Shown: one piece after another, positions 50,953-60,026 of the stretch
Layout: each line of letters starts with the position of its first letter
Position numbering within the stretch: position 1 is the stretch's first letter
Origin: Candidatus Shapirobacteria bacterium
Lineage (GTDB): Bacteria > Patescibacteriota > Microgenomatia > UBA12405
NCBI GenBank assembly: GCA_028704885.1
Contig: JAQWEN010000001.1
Coordinates: 2,838-66,837 of the forward strand
DNA: 64,000 bases
Reading direction: 5' to 3'
Position numbers and translations under genes: made by a program
The notes under the pieces: generated by a model
Told to the model about the DNA's origin: nothing
Database searches by the model: none
The model's input: the letters and a program-made list of their open reading frames with translations, nothing else

Positions 50953-50995
50953 GATGATGAATAGTAATAATAAATTCTGAAAGAAAACTGAAAAG

Positions 50996-52003
50996 TTATA
51001 AAGGTAAAATTATTTTAAAAGTAGTACCTTGTTTAATAATACTTTGAACACCAATAGAACCATGGTGTTGTTCAACAATTTTTTGAGCGATAGAAAGACC
51101 TAAGCCATAACCAGAAGCACTATTTTTAGTACGAGCATTGTCGGCCCGATAAAAACGATCGAAAATATGGGGTAAATCTTTATCAGAAATACCAATACCT
51201 TTATCGATAATTTTGAAAACAACATTTTTCTTAGTCTTGAAAGAATTAAAAATAATCTGACTAGAGTCAGGACTATATTTAATAGCATTATCAAGAAGAA
51301 TTAAAAATAATTCTTCTATTTTTTGACCGTCAACATTAATTTTGCCTTTAGTTGGATTAAATTTAATAGTAATTTTTTTGACTTCAGCTTGGGGTTTAAT
51401 TTTTTTAACCGATTCTGTCATTAGATTTTTAATTGAAATCGGCTCAAGTTTAAAGGAGGAACCATTATTATTTAAATGATTTAATTCTAATAATGAATCG
51501 GTTAAAGTTTTTAATTGATTAGTGGCGGAAATGGAATCGGTTAAAACTTTTTTAGATTCGGTTAAATCTAAATTTGGATCACGAAGAGAAACTTCAAGCA
51601 TGGTTTTAAGAGCAGTGATTGGAGTCTTTAATTCATGAGAAGCATCACTAATAAAGCGTTTCTGATCTTCGTGCATTTTTTGAATTGGAGAAAGAGTGCG
51701 ACCGGCCAAAAAATAAGCCAGAGAACCAGAAATAATTAAAATGACACTATTAATAATAATTAAATTATTTAAAAGATTTTTTTGGCTTTCAGAAATGAGA
51801 TCATCAACCAAAACTTTTGGTGGTGGTGAAGGTGGATTTTCGGATGAATAAAATTGTCTTTCCATCCGATTTCTTTGGGAATCAGCAAAGTGAATAATTT
51901 CAAGGCTACTGATTTGATAAATCAGAGCACTAAAAGAAAAACTAATCACCATAATGATCAGAAGATACCAGGCAGTTAATTTTAGTCGAGCTTGTTTAAA
52001 CAT
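50996..52003 (-). CDS. sensor histidine kinase
   Basis: Two TMs; HisKA H-box SHELKTPIT and HATPase (N, G1 DKGIGIS, G2 GYGLGLSI). Confidence 0.8.
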   Translation of the reverse strand: MFKQARLKLTAWYLLIIMVISFSFSALIYQISSLEIIHFADSQRNRMERQFYSSENPPSPPPKVLVDDLISESQKNLLNNLIIINSVILIISGSLAYFLAGRTLSPIQKMHEDQKRFISDASHELKTPITALKTMLEVSLRDPNLDLTESKKVLTDSISATNQLKTLTDSLLELNHLNNNGSSFKLEPISIKNLMTESVKKIKPQAEVKKITIKFNPTKGKINVDGQKIEELFLILLDNAIKYSPDSSQIIFNSFKTKKNVVFKIIDKGIGISDKDLPHIFDRFYRADNARTKNSASGYGLGLSIAQKIVEQHHGSIGVQSIIKQGTTFKIILPL

Positions 52004-52006
52004 AAT

Positions 52007-52675
52007 TTACTCACTAATTTTATAACCGAAACCACGAATGGTTTTGATTAACTTAATTTTATAATTTTTATCGATTTTTAAACGGAGGTTACGAATATAT
52101 ACTTCGATAGTGTTTGGAAGAATATCTGATTCATAGCTCCAAACATGCTGAATTAATTGATCTTTGGTTAAAATTTTATTAGCATGGCGAAGTAAACATT
52201 CTAAGAGAGAATATTCTTTACTAGATAAAGAAATATTTTTACCTTGACGAGTGACTTCATAGGTGGAGAGGTTTAGAGAAAGATCACCAATAGTTAAAAC
52301 TTCTGAAGCCGCTTTCTGAGGACGACGAGCTAAAGCCCTAATTCTGGCTAAGAGTTCTTCGAAAGCAAATGGTTTAGTTAGATAATCATCAGCACCACAA
52401 TTGAGACCTTTAATTTTATCTTCAACCTGACTTTTGGCGGTCAACATTAAAATAGGAACATGATTTTGCTGACTGCGAAGTTGACGACAAATTTCCAGAC
52501 CATCCATTTTAGGAAGCATGAGGTCTAATAAGACAATGTCGTAATCGCCGCTGGCGGCTAGATCAAAACCTTCTAGACCGTCAAAGGCTAAATCAACTGT
52601 GTAATGTTCTTGCTCCAAACCTTTTTTAAGGGCGTTGGCAATTAAATGTTCATCTTCGACAACTAAAATCTTCAT
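52007..52675 (-). CDS. OmpR-family response regulator
   Basis: Receiver ILVVEDE...DLMLP plus winged-helix output domain. Confidence 0.85.
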   Translation of the reverse strand: MKILVVEDEHLIANALKKGLEQEHYTVDLAFDGLEGFDLAASGDYDIVLLDLMLPKMDGLEICRQLRSQQNHVPILMLTAKSQVEDKIKGLNCGADDYLTKPFAFEELLARIRALARRPQKAASEVLTIGDLSLNLSTYEVTRQGKNISLSSKEYSLLECLLRHANKILTKDQLIQHVWSYESDILPNTIEVYIRNLRLKIDKNYKIKLIKTIRGFGYKISE

Positions 52676-52713
52676 GATCTATATTATAAAGCTGAAACTG
52701 AAAATAAACTGAA

Positions 52714-53289
52714 ATGGTAGAATTAGTTATGAATAAAACACAAGAAAATCTTTTAAAAGCTTTTGCTGGTGAAAGTCAGGCTAGAAATAAATATCGAATA
52801 TTTGCCAAAATGGCTCGTAAGGAAAATTATGAATGGATCGCTAGAGTATTCGAAGAAACAGCTGACCAAGAAGCAGCTCATGCTGAAGAATTATTTGAAA
52901 TGATTAGAGAACCGGTTAGTGTTGGAGATACTTTGGGAATTGCTCCATACAGTACAAAAACGGTTGATAATTTGAAAACAGCGGCCGCTGGAGAAAAACA
53001 CGAATGGACAGAAATGTATCCTTCTTTTGAAGAACAAGCCAAAATTGATGGTGATGCCGAAGCAGAAAGATTATTTAGAGAAGTAAAAGAAGTGGAAGAA
53101 AAACATGAAGAAAGATACATTATTATTACCACTCATTTAGATGCCAATACTCTTTATAACCGAGAAACAGAATTGGAGTGGAAATGTGTAAATTGCGGCT
53201 ATATTCATAAAGGTAAAACTCCCCCAACAACTTGTCCGGTCTGCAAAAAACCTTTGACTTGGTATATGCCCATTGGTTTGGTTAGATAA
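52714..53289 (+). CDS. rubrerythrin
   Basis: Ferritin-like EXXH di-iron motifs plus a C-terminal rubredoxin-like CxxC...CxxC. Confidence 0.85.
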   Translation: MVELVMNKTQENLLKAFAGESQARNKYRIFAKMARKENYEWIARVFEETADQEAAHAEELFEMIREPVSVGDTLGIAPYSTKTVDNLKTAAAGEKHEWTEMYPSFEEQAKIDGDAEAERLFREVKEVEEKHEERYIIITTHLDANTLYNRETELEWKCVNCGYIHKGKTPPTTCPVCKKPLTWYMPIGLVR

Positions 53290-53570
53290 TGAATTTAAAA
53301 AAAATAATAATTTTTATAGTTTTTTGTTTTGCTGGTTATTCAATTGGAAGGATTGGTCACGTTTTTGGTGGATTTTTAATTACTCCGCATCATTGGATTT
53401 ATGGATTATTAATTTTTGGTTTGGGGTGGTTTTTGAGAAAGAAGAAAATAGGAAACATATTGATGGCTTTTGGGACTGGAGTTTTCATAAGTGATTTAAA
53501 AGATTTTTTTTATTTTAGAATTTATGGACAAGATATAAATGAAACATTTAGATTTTGGGGACTAGATTAA
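53289..53570 (+). CDS. small membrane protein, hypothetical
   Basis: 93 aa, two TMs. Confidence 0.3.
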   Translation: MNLKKIIIFIVFCFAGYSIGRIGHVFGGFLITPHHWIYGLLIFGLGWFLRKKKIGNILMAFGTGVFISDLKDFFYFRIYGQDINETFRFWGLD

Positions 53571-54046
53571 TGAAACAAATAATTGAAGCAAATAATTTAA
53601 TTAATAATGAAGAATTAATAATTAATAATGAAAATATTGTTTTGGTGGGAGGGTGTTTTGATATTTTACACTTAGGACATATTGTCTTTTTGGAAAAAGC
53701 AAAAAAAGAGGGAGATATTTTAGTAATACTTTTGGAATCTGACGAGAATATTAAAAAAAATAAAGGACAAAATAGGCCAATAAATAGTCAAGAAAACAGG
53801 GCTGTTTTTTTGACTAAATTAAAAATGGTGGATTATGTAATTAAACTGCCAGAGATGAAAAATGATGAAGAATATTTAGAAATAATCAGTAAAATTAAAC
53901 CAAAAGTAATTGCCGTCAGCGACGATGATAAAAATTTAATTAAAAAAAAGAAACAGGCTAAAAAAATTGGGGCTAAATTGATAAAAGTGACGAATATAAT
54001 TCCCCATCAATCGACAAGCCGAATTATTGAGATAATTAAGATATAA
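53555..54046 (+). CDS. cytidylyltransferase-like nucleotidyltransferase (HxGH)
   Basis: GGCFDILHLGH motif as in RfaE domain II / TagD / archaeal RibL-NadM enzymes. Confidence 0.6.
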   Translation: MGTRLMKQIIEANNLINNEELIINNENIVLVGGCFDILHLGHIVFLEKAKKEGDILVILLESDENIKKNKGQNRPINSQENRAVFLTKLKMVDYVIKLPEMKNDEEYLEIISKIKPKVIAVSDDDKNLIKKKKQAKKIGAKLIKVTNIIPHQSTSRIIEIIKI

Positions 54047-54056
54047 TCGATTACTT

Positions 54057-54569
54057 ATGAAAAGTGAGGCAATTGAGATTAATGATAGTTTATATTACGA
54101 CGAAAGATCGGCTGGCGGATTGGTCTATAAAGTAGAAAACAATAAAATATTGTGGCTGTTAATCAAAACTATTTCCAGTTTTACCAGTGAAAAAAATAAA
54201 AAAAGAGAAAGTGACGGAGCAGTTTATAAGTTTCCCAAAGGTCATTTAAAAAAAGATGAATTTTTAAAAGGAGCGGCTTTAAGAGAAGTGGAAGAAGAAG
54301 GCCGAGTTAAGGCAAAAATTGTAACTAAATTGGGATCAAACGATTATGTGATTTGGGATAAAGAACAAAAAAAGAAAATTATTAAAAAAGTGACATTTTT
54401 TTTGATGGAATATTTGGGACAAAGTAATTTGAAATATTATGATACCGAAATGGTATTGGAAAGAGAATGGTTTAAATTTGAAGAAGCGGTGGAAAAATTG
54501 GCATATGACAGTGAAAAAAAATTATTAAAAAAGGCAAAAATAGAATTAGATAAATTAATAAAAAGATAA
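54057..54569 (+). CDS. NUDIX hydrolase
   Basis: Nudix box GAALREVEEEGRV. Confidence 0.65.
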   Translation: MKSEAIEINDSLYYDERSAGGLVYKVENNKILWLLIKTISSFTSEKNKKRESDGAVYKFPKGHLKKDEFLKGAALREVEEEGRVKAKIVTKLGSNDYVIWDKEQKKKIIKKVTFFLMEYLGQSNLKYYDTEMVLEREWFKFEEAVEKLAYDSEKKLLKKAKIELDKLIKR

Positions 54570-55075
54570 TGGCACATCCAGAAAGAATAAATGAAGGAGA
54601 AACACCTTATGAAAGTGGAGAAAGATATGGTTGTGATTTGAGTTATGGAGATTTAAATGACTTATTTTTAGGATTGGCTGAAGGGTTAAAAGATCAAGCT
54701 AAGGGTGATGAGGAAAAAAACAAGCCCAAATTAGCTAATTTGGGAATAAAGGCAGTGGAAAATATTAAAAAAGTTACTGAAATAATGGTTGAATTGAAGA
54801 AAGCAAACAGAGAAGAGTTGAAAGAAACAGATATTAATCATAAATATCTTAAAGAAGGAACAGAAATTAGTTATTTGAAATATAATTCACTGGAGTCTTT
54901 TTTATCAGGAATGGTAAGAATTTTTGAAGATCAAGCTGAATATAGTAGGTGTAAAGAAAATGAATTATTAGCTGATTTGGATAAAAGAGTAGCTAAAGAG
55001 ATTGATGAATTAACTGATAAAGTACATGATATGTGGGTAATCTCTGAACCATATATGAGAGTAAATACGATATAA
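54569..55075 (+). CDS. acidic hypothetical protein
   Basis: 168 aa, charged and helical, no motif. Confidence 0.35.
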   Translation: MAHPERINEGETPYESGERYGCDLSYGDLNDLFLGLAEGLKDQAKGDEEKNKPKLANLGIKAVENIKKVTEIMVELKKANREELKETDINHKYLKEGTEISYLKYNSLESFLSGMVRIFEDQAEYSRCKENELLADLDKRVAKEIDELTDKVHDMWVISEPYMRVNTI

Positions 55076-55087
55076 TATCGTACTTAG

Positions 55088-55171
55088 GGAGGAGTCGCCT
55101 AGTGGTTTATGGCGCACGCCTGGAAAGCGTGTGTTCGAAAGGACTCGTGGGTTCGAATCCCACCTCCTCCG
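55088..55171 (+). tRNA. tRNA-Ser (anticodon GGA), type II
   Basis: Acceptor GGAGGAG, anticodon stem CACGC/GCGTG with loop CTGGAAA, long variable arm, T arm GTGGG-TTCGAAT-CCCAC. Confidence 0.7.
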
Positions 55172-55185
55172 CTCATGTCGTGACA

Positions 55186-55599
55186 ATGTATAATTTGTCT
55201 ATGGCAGATAAAGAAATTTTTATTAATAAAATTGACCCTAACTTTTTAGATATTTTTGAAAGAATAACTAAAGCAATAGAATCGGTTGATGAAAAATTGG
55301 ATTGTGAAATAAAATGGGGAAAATTAACTTATGGGCTATCAGGAGATTATCACCATTGGATTTGTGGAATTGCTCAAACGAAAAAATCACTTAATTTAAT
55401 TTTTCATTTTGGTGGTTTATTAGAGGATAAAAATAAAAAATTTATTGTTGGAGAAAGTTTCTTTTTGAGAAAATTAGAATACTCTTCAATTGATAATGTT
55501 GATATCGCGGTGATAAAAGATTTTGTAAAACAGGCTATTAATAAAGTTGACTACTTTAAGGAAAATTGGAAAATTTTAAGTAAAGAATCGAAGAAATAA
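55186..55599 (+). CDS. hypothetical protein (DUF1801/YdhG-like?)
   Basis: Start moved to an internal ATG after the tRNA; weak resemblance only. Confidence 0.35.
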   Translation: MYNLSMADKEIFINKIDPNFLDIFERITKAIESVDEKLDCEIKWGKLTYGLSGDYHHWICGIAQTKKSLNLIFHFGGLLEDKNKKFIVGESFFLRKLEYSSIDNVDIAVIKDFVKQAINKVDYFKENWKILSKESKK

Positions 55600-55640
55600 A
55601 ATAAGTTCTAACTGTGTCAATGGTTCGCCGCCAAATGTTG
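55600..55640 (+). repeat. ~40-nt post-stop motif copy A (AATARGTTCTAA...GGTTCGCCGCCARATTG)
   Basis: Begins 1 nt after the stop of the preceding gene; imperfect direct repeat of 57962..57999. Confidence 0.55.
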
Positions 55641-55752
55641 TTTTTACCCTGTTATACCGTGTAATATAGGTGATGATACTCATAAAGAAATCCCCAGTTT
55701 GTTCCTGTTTAGGTTCAAAAAAACAAAAGTGTAACTTTTTGTTTAAGAAGCT

Positions 55753-56238
55753 TTATCTTTTGATAGCGTTAAGAATTTTACTTTTGGCAGAATCAAGAGA
55801 AATTTTATTTACTAAAGATATTTCTTCAGATAAATGATCCAGAGCTTTGTTATAAATAGTTTCATCATTAGAAGAAAGGGTAGACTCAGTTTTAATTTTG
55901 TTTAAATAAATTAATACCCTTGCAGTTCTTTTGGGATTATTTAAATAAATAATATCTTTTAAAAAGTTGCCATTATTGATTCGATTACTCCCATTAAATG
56001 GAAGTTCTATTGCTTGTTCGTAATGTAAATTTTCTAATAAACTTTTTACTTCTGGTTTAGTCATCGGAGAACGTAAATGAGCTAAAGACAAATTGTTTAA
56101 TGGAATTGAATTAATACAGTGATCATTTTCATTATTTATCGGTTTATAAAAAACACAATCATTTTCAATTTTGGTAATAATATTAATTTGATCAAAATCG
56201 ATAATTATACTGCCAATATGATATTTAAAATTAGACAT
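55753..56238 (-). CDS. hypothetical protein
   Basis: 161 aa, no recognisable motif. Confidence 0.35.
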   Translation of the reverse strand: MSNFKYHIGSIIIDFDQINIITKIENDCVFYKPINNENDHCINSIPLNNLSLAHLRSPMTKPEVKSLLENLHYEQAIELPFNGSNRINNGNFLKDIIYLNNPKRTARVLIYLNKIKTESTLSSNDETIYNKALDHLSEEISLVNKISLDSAKSKILNAIKR

Positions 56239-56538
56239 ATAAACTTTTTTAAATGAATATTTTTTGAATCGGTAGTAAAGAGCCCACTACAATCAATGTG
56301 TAATATTATAGCATCCTTAGGTATAAATTGCATATATTATTATTTTGAAATTGCTAAATTTAAGTTGTTTTTTTGGCATTTTTTAAATTTTGTCTCTTTT
56401 AAAAATACAGTCGATAAATACCCTTTTATGGCGATTAGTCTTTACAAAAAAAGGAGAGAATCGAAATTTAATTATAAGAATAGAAAGATTTCAGACTCAC
56501 CCTCTCCGCTTTATTAATGTTTTTGAATATAGTTTATT

Positions 56539-57021
56539 TTAATGAGCAATATTCTTTTGTAACTGTGATTTAAAAATTGTTCGGAAAATCAGTCTAACTA
56601 AGGGTTGAACATAAAATAGTTGGACAAAAAAGGCAAAAGGGAAATTAAAAACGATTTTTTGCATCCATTGAGCGATAAACTCAGAAGTAAAACCATTATA
56701 AAGAATGGTGGCGACAAAGGACATCATAGGACACATTAAACAAACAGTGGAACAGATGATGGCAGTGGTAACCATGTAAGATTTAGACTCTCGAGGGTCG
56801 ATAATATTAAAAGCTAATTTTAAAGAAAGCGGACCAGCAATAAATGTTTGAAGTAAAAAAGCAAAAATAAATTCAATAGGAACGACTTTAATTGATGCTA
56901 AAAAAACCTGATTCGACATGCCTCCCATTTCAATGGCGAGATTATAAAAAACAAATAAATGAACAGTAATAAAAACTGTTATTAAGGTAAAAATAAATTT
57001 TTGAAATTTTGTAGTTGGCAT
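56539..57021 (-). CDS. hypothetical membrane protein
   Basis: 160 aa, 4 TMs. Confidence 0.4.
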   Translation of the reverse strand: MPTTKFQKFIFTLITVFITVHLFVFYNLAIEMGGMSNQVFLASIKVVPIEFIFAFLLQTFIAGPLSLKLAFNIIDPRESKSYMVTTAIICSTVCLMCPMMSFVATILYNGFTSEFIAQWMQKIVFNFPFAFFVQLFYVQPLVRLIFRTIFKSQLQKNIAH

Positions 57022-57068
57022 AAAAGATTTCCTTTGATTACTAAATAATAATTTGGCAACAAAAAAGA

Positions 57069-57110
57069 CACACTAGTGTGCTTACACAGAACTGTGATCA
57101 GATTTATGTG
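57069..57110. promoter_or_regulatory. array of three CAC-N5/6-GTG palindromic sites in a divergent intergenic region
   Basis: CACACTAGTGTG (perfect 12-bp palindrome), CACAGAACTGTG and CACTACATGTG within 42 nt. Confidence 0.35.
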
Positions 57111-57226
57111 CAAGGGCACTACATGTGTCGTTCTTTAGGAATATCTTTTTTAATTGTTTTTGATAATACCATAATCGAATGGCGGCTGGTCAATAGTCAA
57201 GATTTAAAAAATTGATATGATGAACT

Positions 57227-57958
57227 ATGAAGAAAATGTTTAGGATTTTAGGAAATATAATTTTGATAATTATTGTTTTGGTAGTTATTTATATTTTGAC
57301 ATTATGTTTTCCCCAACCATTTTTTAAAAATAAAGTTACGGTTGGAAATATCACTGTTTATTCTGATGAAGAAATACCGACAGAAATTAACGAAATAGTA
57401 AAAACGGCTGAATCAAGAATTAAAAAATCGGTAATTTATAGAAATGAAAAACAACGGATTTTTATTGCCAATAACCCAAATAGATGGAATTATTTTTTAA
57501 ATGTGAACCATAATGCCGGGGCAATTTCGTATGTGTATTTTATAAATAATATTTTTTTAAGAAAAGTGGATATAAAAAATAATCGACTTTATGGACCATC
57601 GGGAAAAGCGGCGGCCGGAGACAGAACTTTAGATTATTTTATGACCCATGAAGTAACTCATAGGTTAGAATTTGAATCGAGGCCTTGGTATAAATATTCA
57701 ACAAAAGAAAACTGGATTCAGGAAGGATATTCAGAATATATTGGACATGATTCGCAAAATTATGAATCAGCACTTAAATATTATTTAGAAGTTCCAGAAA
57801 ATTCTGGAGCGAAACGATATACACAACTTAGAGTAATGGTAACTTATTTATTGGAAAATGAAAAAATAAATATTGCTGATATTTGGGACAAAACTAATGA
57901 TTATAATGCGATATTAAAGTTGGCAATTCCAGACGATAAGCCTAATATTGTGAATTAA
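57227..57958 (+). CDS. membrane-anchored putative zinc metallopeptidase (HExxH)
   Basis: N-terminal TM; FMTHEVTHRLE HExxH motif with a downstream Glu (EGYSEYIGHD). Confidence 0.45.
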   Translation: MKKMFRILGNIILIIIVLVVIYILTLCFPQPFFKNKVTVGNITVYSDEEIPTEINEIVKTAESRIKKSVIYRNEKQRIFIANNPNRWNYFLNVNHNAGAISYVYFINNIFLRKVDIKNNRLYGPSGKAAAGDRTLDYFMTHEVTHRLEFESRPWYKYSTKENWIQEGYSEYIGHDSQNYESALKYYLEVPENSGAKRYTQLRVMVTYLLENEKINIADIWDKTNDYNAILKLAIPDDKPNIVN

Positions 57959-57961
57959 TAA

Positions 57962-57999
57962 AATAGGTTCTAATTGCACGGTTCGCCGCCAGAATTGCG
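57962..57999 (+). repeat. ~38-nt post-stop motif copy B
   Basis: Begins 4 nt after the stop codon; shares the AATAGGTTCTAA and GGTTCGCCGCCAGAATTG blocks with copy A. Confidence 0.55.
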
Positions 58000-58017
58000 A
58001 CAAGGTATAATAGAAAA

Positions 58018-58629
58018 ATGATTAAAGCAATAATTTTTGATTTTGGAAATGTGATTTGCCGATTTACCAATGAGATTTTAATAGAAAAAATTGGCCGTTT
58101 AACAAATAAAACAAAGGAAGAAATTTTTGAATTGATTTATAAAAAATCTGACTTACAAATAAGATATGAAACAGGATTAATCTCTTCACAAGAATTTTTT
58201 GAAGAGTTATCAGAAATTTGCGGGTTAAATATTTCTTATGAAGAATTAAAAGAAATTTATTCTAAAGATAAATATACCCCAGTTGAAGGAACTAAAGAAT
58301 TAATTGAAAAACTACAAAAGAAATACAAAATTGGATTATTGTCGAACACAAGTGAATGGGATTTTGATTATATGATTCAGGCGGCTCCAATAATAAAAAC
58401 ATTTGAGACAATAACAACTTCTTTTGGAGCAAAAGCAATGAAGCCAAGCCAGAAAATTTTTGAAGATGCGTTAAATAAATTAAAATTGAAAGCGGAAGAT
58501 TGTATTTATACTGATGATATTTTGGAATATGTAGAAGTGGCAAATAAAATGGGCATTAAGGCAATTCAGTTTACAACAGCAGAAAAATTTGAATCAGATT
58601 TAAAAGAATTTGGAGTGGAATTAGAATAA
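58018..58629 (+). CDS. HAD-superfamily hydrolase, subfamily IA
   Basis: Motif I IIFDFGNV, motif II LLSNTS, motif IV near the C-terminal D cluster. Confidence 0.7.
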   Translation: MIKAIIFDFGNVICRFTNEILIEKIGRLTNKTKEEIFELIYKKSDLQIRYETGLISSQEFFEELSEICGLNISYEELKEIYSKDKYTPVEGTKELIEKLQKKYKIGLLSNTSEWDFDYMIQAAPIIKTFETITTSFGAKAMKPSQKIFEDALNKLKLKAEDCIYTDDILEYVEVANKMGIKAIQFTTAEKFESDLKEFGVELE

Positions 58630-58630
58630 G

Positions 58631-59494
58631 TTACCAACCAATAAAAAGTTGAGTTGGAGGGTAATAAATGACAGTCGGAGAAAAACCTTCTTTAAATTTA
58701 GTAAAACCAATCCATTTTTTATACATTTTATATCTAGGATCATAGATGCCACCAAAATCGAAAATATGGCAACCGGCTTCTTTGGCAGTGGTCATCGCAG
58801 TCCAGGTTAAAAGGGTGGGAGCAAAAAGTGAATAGCCTAGATTTTCAGCAAAGGCGGCATAGTAGATAGCGGCTTTACCATTTTTTAAAATCATAAGAGT
58901 GCCGACACATTTGTCTTGATGATAGGCAAAATGAACCCAACCGGAATGAGAAAAATGTTTAATAAGAGCATTAAAAAATTTGCCTTCGTAACAAACAACC
59001 TTTTTTCTTTTACTCCAGGATTCCCGGGAAATTTTGAAGATATCAAAATCGGAAGCGGTAAGATCGTGAAAATCTTTGGTAATAATTTTTAAATCATTTT
59101 TTCTTTTGGCATAAGAAATGTTGTAGCGGGTTTTTGATTTGAAAGAATTAAGAAGATCAGTAGTTGACAGAGTAAGGTCAACTAAAGAGGTGGCACTGTT
59201 GGCAAATGGTTCAACTGACAAACCTTTTTTTTGGATATCAGGATGAAGAAGGCCTGGTTCAATATAAGTAGTTAAAGTATGATATTTTTGACGGATTTTT
59301 TTTAACAAATCAAAATCAATAGAGTTTGAATGTTGAATTTTAGCAACACTTAAGGGCCCAACATTTCTAATAAAGAGATATTTACCGGGATTGCCCATTA
59401 TAGTCCAACCAATATCGACCATAGCTTTGGCAAAACGAGGATTTTGATGAAGATCCGGAAGAATATTAAAATTGGAAATCAGATCTTCTGTCAT
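58631..59494 (-). CDS. FemAB-family aminoacyl-tRNA-dependent peptidyltransferase-like (peptidoglycan branch formation)
   Basis: Two GNAT-like halves; general resemblance to short FemX-like proteins (KTRYNI, GK.AIYYAAF, DFGGI). Confidence 0.45.
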   Translation of the reverse strand: MTEDLISNFNILPDLHQNPRFAKAMVDIGWTIMGNPGKYLFIRNVGPLSVAKIQHSNSIDFDLLKKIRQKYHTLTTYIEPGLLHPDIQKKGLSVEPFANSATSLVDLTLSTTDLLNSFKSKTRYNISYAKRKNDLKIITKDFHDLTASDFDIFKISRESWSKRKKVVCYEGKFFNALIKHFSHSGWVHFAYHQDKCVGTLMILKNGKAAIYYAAFAENLGYSLFAPTLLTWTAMTTAKEAGCHIFDFGGIYDPRYKMYKKWIGFTKFKEGFSPTVIYYPPTQLFIGW

Positions 59495-59552
59495 GTGATA
59501 TGAGTATAGACTATTTCTATTTAAAATTTAGTAAAACAAAAATGGTGTAAAA

Positions 59553-60026
59553 TTGGTTAATATGACAACACAAAAAAAAGATTGGAAAAGGATGTTGGTG
59601 GAATTAGAAAATAAATTAGCTGAATTTTTTACTAAGAAATTACCGTCAATGCCGGATAAAGTTAAAGAAGGAATTGTAAAATATGGGCCATATCTTACGG
59701 TAATAATGATAATTTTGACGATTCCAGCAATTTTAGCGGTAATAGGAATTGGGATGGCAGCGACACCATTTGCTTTTTTGGGTGGAGTCAAAGGTGGAAT
59801 TGGATATATTATTTCGATGTTTTTGGGATTAGTAATGTTAATTTTGGAAATAATCGCCATAAAAGGATTATTTGCCAGACAAATGAAAGCTTGGAAATTG
59901 ATGTTTTATATTTCCCTAATCAGCGCTGTTTCAAACTTAATAAAATTTGATTTGGGCGGTTTGATTATTGGAACCGGAATATCGTGGTATGTGCTATTCC
60001 AAATTAGAAGCTACTATAAAAATTAG
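59553..60026 (+). CDS. hypothetical membrane protein
   Basis: 157 aa, 4 TMs. Confidence 0.35.
   Translation: MVNMTTQKKDWKRMLVELENKLAEFFTKKLPSMPDKVKEGIVKYGPYLTVIMIILTIPAILAVIGIGMAATPFAFLGGVKGGIGYIISMFLGLVMLILEIIAIKGLFARQMKAWKLMFYISLISAVSNLIKFDLGGLIIGTGISWYVLFQIRSYYKN

Noticed and set aside
56296-56517. 73-aa plus-strand ORF in the 300-nt intergenic region
   Set aside because: Low-complexity, no RBS-like sequence, and it sits in a region better explained as untranslated or regulatory.
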